From assembly GCA_964409595.1 (NCBI GenBank), contig CAYPDR010000024.1, positions 63,808-127,807 of the forward strand: DNA of 64,000 nt. The letters run 5' to 3'. Shown piece by piece: positions 20,590 through 29,940 of the stretch. Positions within the stretch are counted from its first letter, which is position 1. Each line of letters starts with the position of its first letter. The notes below the pieces were generated by a model, which ran no database searches, was not told the origin of the DNA, and saw only the letters and a list, made by a program, of their open reading frames with translations. This DNA is from an uncultured Dehalococcoidia bacterium. Its GTDB lineage: Bacteria > Chloroflexota > Dehalococcoidia > Lucifugimonadales > UBA826. The position numbers and the translations under genes were made by a program.

Positions 20590-20747
20590 ACACTTATATA
20601 ATTTTATTAATTTTACAGCTATATAAGCAAGGCAATGGGTTCTTCCATGGCTAAGTTATAGCACATTTATTTCTTTGACCACATTTTATAGGGTATTGTA
20701 AAATCAATTAGCGAAAAAACACATAAACGTGAGGTACTGAGCCCCCA

Positions 20748-21710
20748 TTGAAAGAACTTTCACCTACAGGGTGTAAGCCGGGAACCATCTATAGAACGAT
20801 AGGTCTTATTGGAATTTTTGCGGCTTTCGCCCAAATCTCACTCGGGGGTTTTGTTAGAGCCTCGGGATCCGGTCTTGGTTGCCCGGACTGGCCACTTTGT
20901 CACGGCGAGATTATACCCACCTTTGAGTATCACACTATCATCGAATATTCCCACAGGGCATTAGGTTCCATACTTGGCCTACTGGTGATCCTTTTGTTGG
21001 CATCAACACTTATTTTTTATCGTAAGAATCGCTGGTTGCTGTATTGGAACATATCTGCCTCCATGCTTGTTGTATTAGCCGGGGTGCTAGGAGGTATCAC
21101 AGTAATTACGGAACTAGTTTGGTGGGTAAGGCTTATTCATTTAGCAATAGCCCAATGCGTAATAGCATCATTAGCTGTTATTCTCTGGCAAGCATTCGAA
21201 GTCAAGCCTCCATCCACGGCGACCTACAGCTCCATTGGTAATTGGAAAAACAAGATTGTGATTTCTCTCACAATTGTTTTTAGCCTTATGTTAACTGGAT
21301 CTTACATGGTAGGTGTTGGAGCGAGTACGTCGTGTTCAACATGGCCCCTTTGTAGAAATGAACTTTTCCCGTCAGGCATGGAATATAGCATCCATATGGG
21401 GCATAGATACATGGCGGCAATTTCAACATTGTACCTAGGATACATGTCTATAACTTTTATAAAAAACAGCAAGAACTTCCCTATTTTGAGAAAGGCCGCC
21501 CATTCTGTGCTGGGACTGATGATCTTGCAGATCGTGGTTGGTGCTTTTGTAGTTTGGTCAGACTTTTCATTGCATATGAAATCAACACATTTAAGCCTCG
21601 CTACTCTGATCTGGATAGCAGTAGTTTTCACAGCTCTTACTCTACATTCTCTTTCAACGACTAAGCCTGAATTAAAAAAGCTCAACTCTAATGAGCTGAG
21701 GAACAATTGA
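20748..21710 (+). CDS. ctaA: Heme A synthase (COX15/CtaA)
   Basis: 320 aa polytopic membrane protein. Contains CPDWPLCHG and a second Cys pair (CSTWPLC), with conserved His residues in helices. TTG start. Confidence 0.82.
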   Translation: MKELSPTGCKPGTIYRTIGLIGIFAAFAQISLGGFVRASGSGLGCPDWPLCHGEIIPTFEYHTIIEYSHRALGSILGLLVILLLASTLIFYRKNRWLLYWNISASMLVVLAGVLGGITVITELVWWVRLIHLAIAQCVIASLAVILWQAFEVKPPSTATYSSIGNWKNKIVISLTIVFSLMLTGSYMVGVGASTSCSTWPLCRNELFPSGMEYSIHMGHRYMAAISTLYLGYMSITFIKNSKNFPILRKAAHSVLGLMILQIVVGAFVVWSDFSLHMKSTHLSLATLIWIAVVFTALTLHSLSTTKPELKKLNSNELRNN

Positions 21711-21711
21711 C

Positions 21712-22575
21712 ATGATAGCCGGTTATATTGCGTTAACAAAGCCTAAAATAATTTCCCTGTTATTATTGACAGCTTTGGGGGGAATATTCTTAGCCACTCA
21801 GGGAATCCCGGATCCTCTACTTTGTTTAATTGTGTTGTTAGGCGGGTCTCTGGCGGCTGGCGGAGCAAATGCTATAAACCATTTCCTAGATAGAGATATT
21901 GACGGAAAAATGAGTCGAACTCAAGGTCGCCCTATAGTTTCGGGCTCCATAAAGCCACCATATGCGTTACTGTTCGGCATTGTATTGAACGTAGTCGCGT
22001 TTGGAATACTGTGGGGTTACGCCAACCTGTTAAGCGCAATCCTAGCTCTGTCGGCGACATTGTTTTATGTCTTTATTTACACAATGGCCTTGAAAAGAAC
22101 TACCGCTCAAAATATCGTAATTGGAGGTGCCGCAGGAGCGATCCCCCCTATGGTGGGCTGGGCTGCTGTTACTGGAGACATTTTAGATCCAGCTCCAATA
22201 TTACTATTTGCCATTATATTTTTCTGGACCCCCCCACACTTTTGGGCTTTGGCGCTACTTTTAAAAGATGATTACGCTGATGCCGGCATTCCCATGCTCC
22301 CTGTAGTATCAGGTATCGACACCACAAAAAAACAGATATTCCTTTACACGTGGATTTTACTAGCATTGATGATAATCACAGTCTTAACCACAAGCCGACT
22401 GGGAATTATTTACGGGGCGTGTTCTATTTCGCTGACTGTCATTTTCATGTGGATGACATGGCGACTGATGAAAGAAGACGGAATTGAAAAAGCAAAATCG
22501 ACTTACCTTTTTTCCCTTGCATATCTAGCCCTAGTATTTCTATCTGTAATGATCGATGCAAGTGTATCTATTTGA
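21712..22575 (+). CDS. ctaB: Protoheme IX farnesyltransferase (heme O synthase)
   Basis: 287 aa UbiA-family protein with the NHFLDRDIDGKMSRT motif. Lies directly after ctaA. Confidence 0.9.
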   Translation: MIAGYIALTKPKIISLLLLTALGGIFLATQGIPDPLLCLIVLLGGSLAAGGANAINHFLDRDIDGKMSRTQGRPIVSGSIKPPYALLFGIVLNVVAFGILWGYANLLSAILALSATLFYVFIYTMALKRTTAQNIVIGGAAGAIPPMVGWAAVTGDILDPAPILLFAIIFFWTPPHFWALALLLKDDYADAGIPMLPVVSGIDTTKKQIFLYTWILLALMIITVLTTSRLGIIYGACSISLTVIFMWMTWRLMKEDGIEKAKSTYLFSLAYLALVFLSVMIDASVSI

Positions 22576-22700
22576 GCTACTAGTAGCATCACATTGAAGC
22601 CAGTTTAGCCTTGACGCTCAGGCATGTCTTTGATAAATTTCCCACTTGGTGTTACACATTTTGGCTAAAAAACTTTAGAGGTCCACTACCAATCGTGTTC

Positions 22701-23816
22701 ATGAAGCATACCAACCTGAGGAAATTCGTATCGGTCTCAGTGTCTATCTCTATGGTTCTAATTGTCGCAGGCTGTGCGATTATAGATCCGGCTAACAATC
22801 AATCCACCTTTGATCCCAGAGGTCCAGTTGCGGATAGGCAACTTGATATTTTCTGGTGGATACTAGGTGGTGGTGCGATAGTTTTCGTAATTATTGAAGC
22901 TGCGCTTGTATATATGATATTCAAATTCCGAATGAAAAGTGAAGACCATGTGCCCCACCAAACCCATGGTAACAACACTCTGGAAATCACCTGGACAGTA
23001 ATTCCAGTCATCCTCTTAGCAATTATCATGGTTCCCACTATTCAAGTGTTGTTTTATTCCGCCAACGCACCGGCGGAAGCAAAAGACGAATATACCTTAG
23101 AGGCAATCGGTCACCAGTGGTGGTTTGAATTTAGATACCCTCATCCAGGGAATCCTGAGGAGGAAATAGTCACGGCGAATGAAGTTTACATACCCGTCGG
23201 CGAGCCAGTAAAGATTAATCTAGAATCTGTAGACGTTATACACAGTTTTTGGGTCCCCAAGTTAGCCGGGAAAGTAGACATGGTCCCCTCAGAAGGAAAC
23301 TATATGTGGTTTCAAGCGGATGAACCGGGCGAATATTTCGGTCAATGTGCGGAGTATTGTGGGACCTCACATGCCAATATGAAATTTAAGGTAATAGCAA
23401 AAAGCCCCTCTGAATTCAATGTTTGGTTAAATGCGCAAGCATCTCCGGCGCTCGAATCATCCGACCCGTTAGTTCAGGAAGGTGCCGATGTCTTTAAAAG
23501 TGCCGGATGTTCAGGATGCCACGCTACCAAATCAACTATTAAAAGCGGTGCCAAAGGTCGACGGGGACCAAATCTCACTCATGTGGCCTCCAGAAGACAT
23601 CTCGCTGCAGGAATGATGGATAACACAGACGGTCAAGGTGGCGTTATAAATGATGGCTACCTACAAGGCAATCTTCGGCAATGGCTCGAAGATCCCAATT
23701 CAGTAAAGCCGGGAAACATAATGTCCACCGAGGCAGCGGTGTACACAGATCCTGATCGCTCATTGACGGAAAAACAGATTTCAGCATTAGTCGCGTATCT
23801 GACGTCGCTAAAATGA
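22701..23816 (+). CDS. ctaC: Cytochrome c oxidase subunit II with fused C-terminal cytochrome c (caa3 type), probable lipoprotein
   Basis: CuA site (HSFWVPKLAGK, CAEYCGTSHANM) and heme-c motif CSGCH. The ATG at 22701 gives MKHTNLRKF...LIVAGC, a signal peptide with a lipobox. The ORF-track start at 22611 is probably too far upstream. Confidence 0.88.
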   Translation: MKHTNLRKFVSVSVSISMVLIVAGCAIIDPANNQSTFDPRGPVADRQLDIFWWILGGGAIVFVIIEAALVYMIFKFRMKSEDHVPHQTHGNNTLEITWTVIPVILLAIIMVPTIQVLFYSANAPAEAKDEYTLEAIGHQWWFEFRYPHPGNPEEEIVTANEVYIPVGEPVKINLESVDVIHSFWVPKLAGKVDMVPSEGNYMWFQADEPGEYFGQCAEYCGTSHANMKFKVIAKSPSEFNVWLNAQASPALESSDPLVQEGADVFKSAGCSGCHATKSTIKSGAKGRRGPNLTHVASRRHLAAGMMDNTDGQGGVINDGYLQGNLRQWLEDPNSVKPGNIMSTEAAVYTDPDRSLTEKQISALVAYLTSLK

Positions 23817-23865
23817 ACACAAAAATCAAAACAAAAATACATTTCCTAGAACGGGAGAACATTGC

Positions 23866-25722
23866 ATGAGCACATTCCCTCTAGCAATTCCTAGACCGGT
23901 GCACCCGACAGGTATCTGGGGATGGATCACTACAATTGACCACAAACGAATAGGCATCCTATATGGTGTAACGGCTTTCATTATGTTCCTAACTGGCGGT
24001 ATAGAAGCCGTTCTAATGCGTATCCAACTGGCCGGACCAGAGCTGGACATAGTGAGCGCCGCAGTTTTTAATCAATTGTTCACCATGCATGGAACCACAA
24101 TGATATTCCTGGCGATTATGCCAATGGGTGCCGCCTTCTTTAATTTTGTAATACCGTTGCAGATCGGTGCACGGGACGTGGCTTTCCCAAGGTTGAATGC
24201 CTTTAGCTACTGGACCTTCCTAGCTGGTGCTTTAATGCTTAAGCTCAGTTGGATCGGTGGCGCTACCGATGCGGGCTGGTTCGGATATGCACCTCTCACA
24301 TCAATCAGTCAAAATCCTGGATCTGGTATCGACTTCTGGATTCTTAGCCTTCAGGTCCTCGGAATCGCATCTCTTGCGGCAGCTTTCAATTTCATAGTCA
24401 CTATCATCAACATGCGAGCCCCTGGCATGACCATGATGAGAATGCCTCTTTTCACTTGGATGAGCTTCCTAACAGCGATACTGCTGGTGCTCGCCTTCCC
24501 CGTCATCACTGTCGCCCTTATAGAGCTTACCTTCGATCGCCAGTTTATGTTCAATTTCTTCAACGTCGCCAACGGGGGAAGTGTAGTCCTTTGGCAACAC
24601 CTGTTTTGGGTTTTTGGGCATCCGGAAGTTTACATTTTGATACTGCCAGCTATGGGCATAGTATCGGAAGTGTTACCAGTCTTTTCAAAAAAGCCTCTAT
24701 TCGGCTATACCACAGTGGTGTTAGCGGGTGTCATCATAGCTTTCATGGGATGGATGGTATGGAGTCACCACATGTTCACTGTTGGGCTGGGACCCGTTGC
24801 CAACGCAGTATTTACCATCACAACCATGCTAATAGCGGTTCCAACCGGTATAAAAGTTTTCAACTGGATGGGCACTGTGTGGGGAGGATCTCTCCGACTT
24901 AACACTCCAATGCTATTTTCTTTGGGCTTCATTGCCATGTTCCTTATCGGTGGTATCAGTGGTGTCATGCATGCCGTTTCACCATCCGACGCCCAGCAAC
25001 AAGATACTTATTTTATTCCTGCCCACATCCATTACGTACTCTTTGGAGGCGCGATAATGGCATTACTTTCGGGCATTTATTACTGGTTTCCTAAATTCAC
25101 CGGAAAGATGTTTGATGAGAAACTAGGAAAGCTTCATTTCTGGTTGATGATGGTAGGTCAAAACGTAACGTTCTTCCCCATGCACTTCGTCGGACTCGAT
25201 GGCATGCCCAGACGAATATACACATACGTGGAAGGCATGGGTTGGGAATTTTGGAACGGTATATCGACCTTCGGAGCTGTAATACTAATGCTAGGATTCC
25301 TAATTTTTATTCAGAATATGATAAAAAGTTGGAAGAGTGGCGAACCTGCACCTGGAGACCCCTGGGATGCCCGGACACTCGAATGGTCAATTCCTTCACC
25401 CCCTCCAGAATATAATTTCAAAGAAATACCAGTCGTTCGTTCGCTAGACGATTGGTGGGTAAGCAAGCAAAGAGGCGCACAAAGGAATATACCGGCATCC
25501 GGAGGATCTGGGGACGAGGCACACGGAATACACCTTCCGCAAGCATCATATTGGCCAATAGTCGTTTCGCTGGGAATATTTATAGCCGCTTATGGCGTAG
25601 TTTTTAATAACTTCTTGATTCCATGGAGTATGGCGATTATTGGAACTTTTATCGGATTTGTCGGAGTCTACGCCTGGTCACTCGAACCGGTAAATGACCC
25701 AGATGAAGAGACAGGCCACTAA
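23866..25722 (+). CDS. ctaD: Cytochrome c oxidase subunit I
   Basis: 618 aa with WVFGHPEVYILILP and HHMFTVG motifs. It carries two extra C-terminal helices, as in the long Bacillus-type CtaD. Confidence 0.95.
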   Translation: MSTFPLAIPRPVHPTGIWGWITTIDHKRIGILYGVTAFIMFLTGGIEAVLMRIQLAGPELDIVSAAVFNQLFTMHGTTMIFLAIMPMGAAFFNFVIPLQIGARDVAFPRLNAFSYWTFLAGALMLKLSWIGGATDAGWFGYAPLTSISQNPGSGIDFWILSLQVLGIASLAAAFNFIVTIINMRAPGMTMMRMPLFTWMSFLTAILLVLAFPVITVALIELTFDRQFMFNFFNVANGGSVVLWQHLFWVFGHPEVYILILPAMGIVSEVLPVFSKKPLFGYTTVVLAGVIIAFMGWMVWSHHMFTVGLGPVANAVFTITTMLIAVPTGIKVFNWMGTVWGGSLRLNTPMLFSLGFIAMFLIGGISGVMHAVSPSDAQQQDTYFIPAHIHYVLFGGAIMALLSGIYYWFPKFTGKMFDEKLGKLHFWLMMVGQNVTFFPMHFVGLDGMPRRIYTYVEGMGWEFWNGISTFGAVILMLGFLIFIQNMIKSWKSGEPAPGDPWDARTLEWSIPSPPPEYNFKEIPVVRSLDDWWVSKQRGAQRNIPASGGSGDEAHGIHLPQASYWPIVVSLGIFIAAYGVVFNNFLIPWSMAIIGTFIGFVGVYAWSLEPVNDPDEETGH

Positions 25723-25736
25723 GGGAGGCAGGTTAG

Positions 25737-26501
25737 TTGGCACAGGAACACACTGAAGTCCCTCACGGAGAGGATGAAGACACTTATACCGGCTTGAACC
25801 ACAGAAAGATGCTGATGTGGGCATTCCTAGGCTCAGACTGTATGTTCTTCGGGTCACTTATAGCTACTTATTTAGTCTACAGAGGTAAAAGTCTCTCAGG
25901 TCCATTTCCAATGGACGTATTTGACATCCCAGTCACCTCTGTTAGCACCTTTGTCCTATTAATGAGCAGCATGAGTATGGTGCTTGCTTACGCGGCCCTA
26001 ACCAAAGGGAACATGAAGGGCTTCCGAATTTGGATGGTGTCTACAGCGATTATGGGAGCAACATTTATAGGATTCCAAGTATATGAATTCAGCAGCTTTG
26101 CCCACTATCATGTTCATTTCGAGTGCGGTGAGTTAGCTGGTGATATTGAGCAAGGTAAACATATCAAGCCAAGTGATGAATTATTCTACGGAAAAGAGTG
26201 TCTGGATGAAAACGGCCTTGTTAAAACCGCTCACAATGTGGATAAGTCCTTTGGGCTCAAACCTCAAACCAATTTATTCGGAACAACCTTTTACACTCTT
26301 ACCGGATTTCACGGTGCCCATGTTACACTCGGGGTTATTTGGCTCCTTTCCATTTTCTTCCTCTCTTTTAAGAAAGGCGTTGTGACTCCAGAAAAAAATT
26401 TGGACGTCGACCTTGCCGCTCTTTACTGGCATTTTGTTGATGTAGTCTGGATAGTGATTTTCACGGTTGTATATTTGTTCGGAGTATTCCCTGGGTTCTG
26501 A
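25737..26501 (+). CDS. ctaE: Cytochrome c oxidase subunit III (with an extra loop insertion)
   Basis: 254 aa with FLGSDCMFFG and TGFHGAHVTLG motifs. TTG start 8 nt after GGGAGG. Confidence 0.85.
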   Translation: MAQEHTEVPHGEDEDTYTGLNHRKMLMWAFLGSDCMFFGSLIATYLVYRGKSLSGPFPMDVFDIPVTSVSTFVLLMSSMSMVLAYAALTKGNMKGFRIWMVSTAIMGATFIGFQVYEFSSFAHYHVHFECGELAGDIEQGKHIKPSDELFYGKECLDENGLVKTAHNVDKSFGLKPQTNLFGTTFYTLTGFHGAHVTLGVIWLLSIFFLSFKKGVVTPEKNLDVDLAALYWHFVDVVWIVIFTVVYLFGVFPGF

Positions 26502-26519
26502 AGGGAAACTGGAGATTAA

Positions 26520-26828
26520 ATGAGTCAGGAGATAAATACCACCGAACTTCACACAGGACACCCCACTGCTGGCATGTACTTCAAGATCGCGATGATCTTA
26601 TCAGCAGTCACGGCGATAGAGGTCGGAATTTTTTACCTAGAATGGCTAGGCCACTGGATACTCCCTGTACTCTTTGTCCTCTCTGCAGGAAAGTTCGCCC
26701 TTGTGGCCATGTACTATATGCACCTTAAATTCGACAATAAGTTGTTCTCGATTATGTTTGTAGGAGGATTCATTCTGGCCGCTGTCGTCATAGTACTACT
26801 AATAGTACTATTCGGAGTATTCTGGTAG
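26520..26828 (+). CDS. ctaF: Cytochrome c oxidase subunit IV (caa3/CtaF-like small subunit)
   Basis: 102 aa with three hydrophobic helices and a YYMHLKFD motif. The call also rests on its position after ctaE. Confidence 0.7.
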   Translation: MSQEINTTELHTGHPTAGMYFKIAMILSAVTAIEVGIFYLEWLGHWILPVLFVLSAGKFALVAMYYMHLKFDNKLFSIMFVGGFILAAVVIVLLIVLFGVFW

Positions 26829-26859
26829 ATCCTTCAAACAAAAGGGCCCATAGTAGACG

Positions 26860-27675
26860 ATGGGTGATTTAAATTCCTCCATTTGGCTTCACTGGCACGG
26901 TCACCCTGACGCATTGATTGGGTTGGTTATTTTTCAAAGCGCCTATCTCTTTGGAATAGGTCCCGTTAGAAGAAAATTTAAACTGTCTAACTATGTTGAT
27001 CCCAGGCAAACTTTGACCTTTACGGCCGGTGTTCTCGTAATATTTCTATCGCTTCTCTCACCGATTCACATACTCAGTGATAAATATCTGTTCAGCGCTC
27101 ATATGCTGCAGCATGTCCTGTTAACCCTTGTCGCGCCACCCCTTTTAATACTAGGAATTCCAGGGTGGTTGATTTCACCATTAATTCTAAACAAGAAATG
27201 GACGTTGTTATTTTTCCGATCTGTATTCCACCCGGTATCGGCTGTGGTATTTTTCAATCTCGTATTCTCCATATGGCACCTCCCTGTGTTGTATGAGTTA
27301 TCAGTTTCCCACCACCCGATCCATGTAGTAGAACACCTATTGTTTATGATCGCAGCATTCATTATGTGGTGGCCTATATGTAGTAAAGTACCTGAGATTC
27401 CAAGGCTAAATTACCCTCTACAAATGGTATATATGTTTGTGATGTCTCTCGCTCAAATTGTGGTGTTCGGAATCATTACATTCGCTTCCGAACCTATTTA
27501 CGACCATTATGCGCACGCGCCAAGAATATGGGACATCAGCCCCCTAGCAGATCAGCAGCTCGGAGGAATAATTATGAAGGTAGGAAGTGGATTCCTGTTC
27601 TTAACCCTCATAATTATCGCTTTTTTTAGATGGTTTGACGAGGGATCTAATGATGAAGAAGATAGTATAATGTAG
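26860..27675 (+). CDS. ctaG: Cytochrome c oxidase assembly factor CtaG (caa3_CtaG family membrane protein)
   Basis: 271 aa polytopic membrane protein with SAHMLQHVLL and HVVEHLLFM His motifs. Sits in the cox cluster. Confidence 0.72.
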   Translation: MGDLNSSIWLHWHGHPDALIGLVIFQSAYLFGIGPVRRKFKLSNYVDPRQTLTFTAGVLVIFLSLLSPIHILSDKYLFSAHMLQHVLLTLVAPPLLILGIPGWLISPLILNKKWTLLFFRSVFHPVSAVVFFNLVFSIWHLPVLYELSVSHHPIHVVEHLLFMIAAFIMWWPICSKVPEIPRLNYPLQMVYMFVMSLAQIVVFGIITFASEPIYDHYAHAPRIWDISPLADQQLGGIIMKVGSGFLFLTLIIIAFFRWFDEGSNDEEDSIM

Positions 27676-27746
27676 CACAGTGAGGAGAAACACAGGAAAT
27701 GGTTCTGAATGAGCCTATTTAACAGTAAAAAGGATGGCAAACCGAT

Positions 27747-27950
27747 TTGAATAATTTCGTACTTTCTGTAGTTGTGCCCTTAGCTTCCTTCGCTTTAATT
27801 GCGGCCTATGCCGTCGGTCTTGGTATTGTGTTCTACCAAGTACACCACAATACGGAATTTGGAACTTTGGGAGTCATAGGGATCGGTTTAGCACTGCTTA
27901 TCTTAACGCCAGCAATCGCGTTCCTGTTAGAAAGGTCGTCTGACAAATAA
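27747..27950 (+). CDS. Small two-helix membrane protein, function unknown
   Basis: 67-aa ORF with two clear hydrophobic helices, located between ctaG and sco1. TTG start; no recognisable motif. Confidence 0.4.
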   Translation: MNNFVLSVVVPLASFALIAAYAVGLGIVFYQVHHNTEFGTLGVIGIGLALLILTPAIAFLLERSSDK

Positions 27951-27990
27951 CCTTCAAATAGAGTCCGATCAAACGTCTAAAGTCGCTCTG

Positions 27991-28635
27991 TTGATTAGAA
28001 TGCAACGTTGTTTTCAATTTATATCATTAATATTCTTTGTATTTGTAATCAGTTGCTCCGGAATGGAGGCCCACACTCCAGATTACAGAGGGACTTCTCT
28101 GGCCAATCACAACGGTTACCAATTTTCTCTAACAGATCATTTTGGAAAAAATGTTACATCGACTAGCCCCCAAGGTAGTGTAAAAATTTTGACATTTTTT
28201 TTTACCAGCTGTACCGACGTCTGCCCAATCATTACATCCAATATCAAAAAGGCGGTTTTTGACGTTAAAGAACCCGATCGAATCCAGGTTATAGTAATCA
28301 CAGTCGACCCCGAAAGAGACACTACAGAGGCCTCGAAAAAATACGCGACGAAGTGGAAACTCTCTTCCAACTGGCATTTTTTGACAGGATCCGAAAAGGA
28401 ATTAAGCCCCATTTGGGAGGCGTACTTCGTAAATCCTCAAATACCGCCTTTAAATTCAAATAATACCGGCGCTCAGTCAGTAAACTCAGCTTTCAACGAT
28501 CGTTACAGCGTCATTCATACCACACCAGTTTACCTTCTAAATAGCAACGGCGTCCCCAAAGTAGTACATACTAATCCTATTAACGAATCTGATCTTGCAC
28601 ACGACATCAGAAAGGTTCTAAGCGAAAATAATTGA
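27991..28635 (+). CDS. SCO1/SenC copper chaperone (thioredoxin fold)
   Basis: 214 aa with a signal/anchor sequence, the CxxxC motif FTSCTDVCP and a downstream conserved His (VIHTTP). The start may instead be the ATG at 28000. Confidence 0.8.
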   Translation: MIRMQRCFQFISLIFFVFVISCSGMEAHTPDYRGTSLANHNGYQFSLTDHFGKNVTSTSPQGSVKILTFFFTSCTDVCPIITSNIKKAVFDVKEPDRIQVIVITVDPERDTTEASKKYATKWKLSSNWHFLTGSEKELSPIWEAYFVNPQIPPLNSNNTGAQSVNSAFNDRYSVIHTTPVYLLNSNGVPKVVHTNPINESDLAHDIRKVLSENN

Positions 28636-28674
28636 GAAGTGTAAATTATGAGTCGACGATATTTAGCTAAAACT

Positions 28675-29049
28675 TCAGGCGGCAGTTCCTTTTGACTCAA
28701 GTACTGCGATTGCCTCCCGCGCAACCTCAGCGAACGCTTTTGGATCGTTGGTAGCCAATTCGGCCAACATTTTTCGATTTATTTCAACCCCAGCTGTGCT
28801 AAGACCATACATAAGCTTGCTATATGTGGTCCCATTATCTCTCGCAGCAGCGTTGATACGAATATTCCAGAGTCTCCTCATATCGCCCTTTTTCTGCCTC
28901 CGGTGGTCAAACGCATACTGTTGAGCATGTAGCATGGACTCATGTGCACGCCTAAACAGCCTATGCCGAACGCCCTGATGACCCTTTGTCATCCCAAGCA
29001 TCTTCTTGTGCCTTCTTCGTCTAACGACACCACTTCTGACTCTAGTCAA
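28675..29049 (-). CDS. rplT: 50S ribosomal protein L20
   Basis: 124 aa; the basic N-terminus MTRVRSGVVRRRRHKK is typical of L20. infC-rpmI-rplT gene order. Confidence 0.95.
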   Translation of the reverse strand: MTRVRSGVVRRRRHKKMLGMTKGHQGVRHRLFRRAHESMLHAQQYAFDHRRQKKGDMRRLWNIRINAAARDNGTTYSKLMYGLSTAGVEINRKMLAELATNDPKAFAEVAREAIAVLESKGTAA

Positions 29050-29078
29050 TTCTATGCTCTCCTAAAATTGAACCTCGT

Positions 29079-29279
29079 TTAATTATCGTATGGCAGCAGT
29101 CTTTTTAGTCGCGGTACGTCAGCTTCGCTAACTGGAAGCCTTGAACCATAAAGTCTTTTAACCCTCTTAGGCTTCTTTCTACGTAGATGGCTTCTTAAGC
29201 CTTTCATTCTCATGAGTTTACCAGAACCGGTCACCTTGAACCGTCTCTTTGCTCCCTTGTGGGTCTTAAGCTTTGGCAC
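29079..29279 (-). CDS. rpmI: 50S ribosomal protein L35
   Basis: 66 aa, MPKLKTHKGAKRRFKVTGSGK. Confidence 0.95.
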   Translation of the reverse strand: MPKLKTHKGAKRRFKVTGSGKLMRMKGLRSHLRRKKPKRVKRLYGSRLPVSEADVPRLKRLLPYDN

Positions 29280-29832
29280 TTTGCAATTCCTTATTTGCCA
29301 CCTGCTTCCGCAAAGAGGGGCTAGGAGACAGAATCATGGATAAGAACCTTCCTTCAAATGACGGGGCTTTATCCAGCATGGCATCCTCCTTAAGATCTTC
29401 AGCAACGTTCTTTAAAAGCGCCATACCTATTTCCGGATGTTGCATTTCCCGTCCCCGAAACATCACTGACACTTTCACCTTGGAACCTTCTGAAAGAAGT
29501 CGCTTTACCAGTCTGGTTTTAGACAACCTATCATGTTCACCGATACGCGTTTTCATGCGTACTTCTCGCAGCTGATTTCCGGCCTTAGACTTATTCGCCT
29601 TCCTTGCTTCTCGTTCCTTTCGTGTAGCTTCATAACGAAACTTTCCGTAGTTTAGAAGCCTACACACAGGAGGGTTGGCCGCAGGCGCCACTTCCACCAA
29701 GTCAAGTCCTTTTTCACTGGCAATATTGAGAGCCTCTGCAGTTGGCATCTCGCCGAGTTGAGTCCCTCTATCATCAACCAAAAGCACATCTGAAACCCTT
29801 ATACGATCGTTTACTCTATAGTTTTTAGGTAT
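29266..29832 (-). CDS. infC: Translation initiation factor IF-3, probable AUA start
   Basis: IF-3 N- and C-domains are present. The frame is open upstream of the ORF-track GTG and encodes IPKNYRVNDRIRVSDV, the conserved IF-3 N-terminus. The ATA at 29830-29832 lies 6 nt after GGGAGG and follows an in-frame TAA. Confidence 0.85.
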   Translation of the reverse strand: MPKNYRVNDRIRVSDVLLVDDRGTQLGEMPTAEALNIASEKGLDLVEVAPAANPPVCRLLNYGKFRYEATRKEREARKANKSKAGNQLREVRMKTRIGEHDRLSKTRLVKRLLSEGSKVKVSVMFRGREMQHPEIGMALLKNVAEDLKEDAMLDKAPSFEGRFLSMILSPSPSLRKQVANKELQSAKA

Positions 29833-29940
29833 GTTATTCCTCCCTTTTTACACATAAACACCCCAGCGAACTAAAACGGACCACTCTGAATATAGCACAC
29901 GGCTTTTATTGCATCAAGAAATTAACATGTGTGCCCAGAG

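Noticed and set aside
20487-20747. The tRNA-Pro and tRNA-Gln (60229-60302) flanks as integration sites of mobile elements.
   Set aside because: There are no integrase, transposase or direct-repeat copies of the tRNA 3' ends nearby. The neighbouring genes are housekeeping or metabolic.
22611-22700. N-terminal 30-codon extension of ctaC from the ORF track. The same applies to similar extensions of the thiolase genes at 43260-43322 and 51056-51115, and of TauE at 33791-33889.
   Set aside because: Internal ATGs with good Shine-Dalgarno sequences give N-termini that match the family: a lipoprotein signal for ctaC, and MTDLRK/MKEAVIISGART for the thiolases. The extensions overlap upstream genes or lack homology-like sequence.
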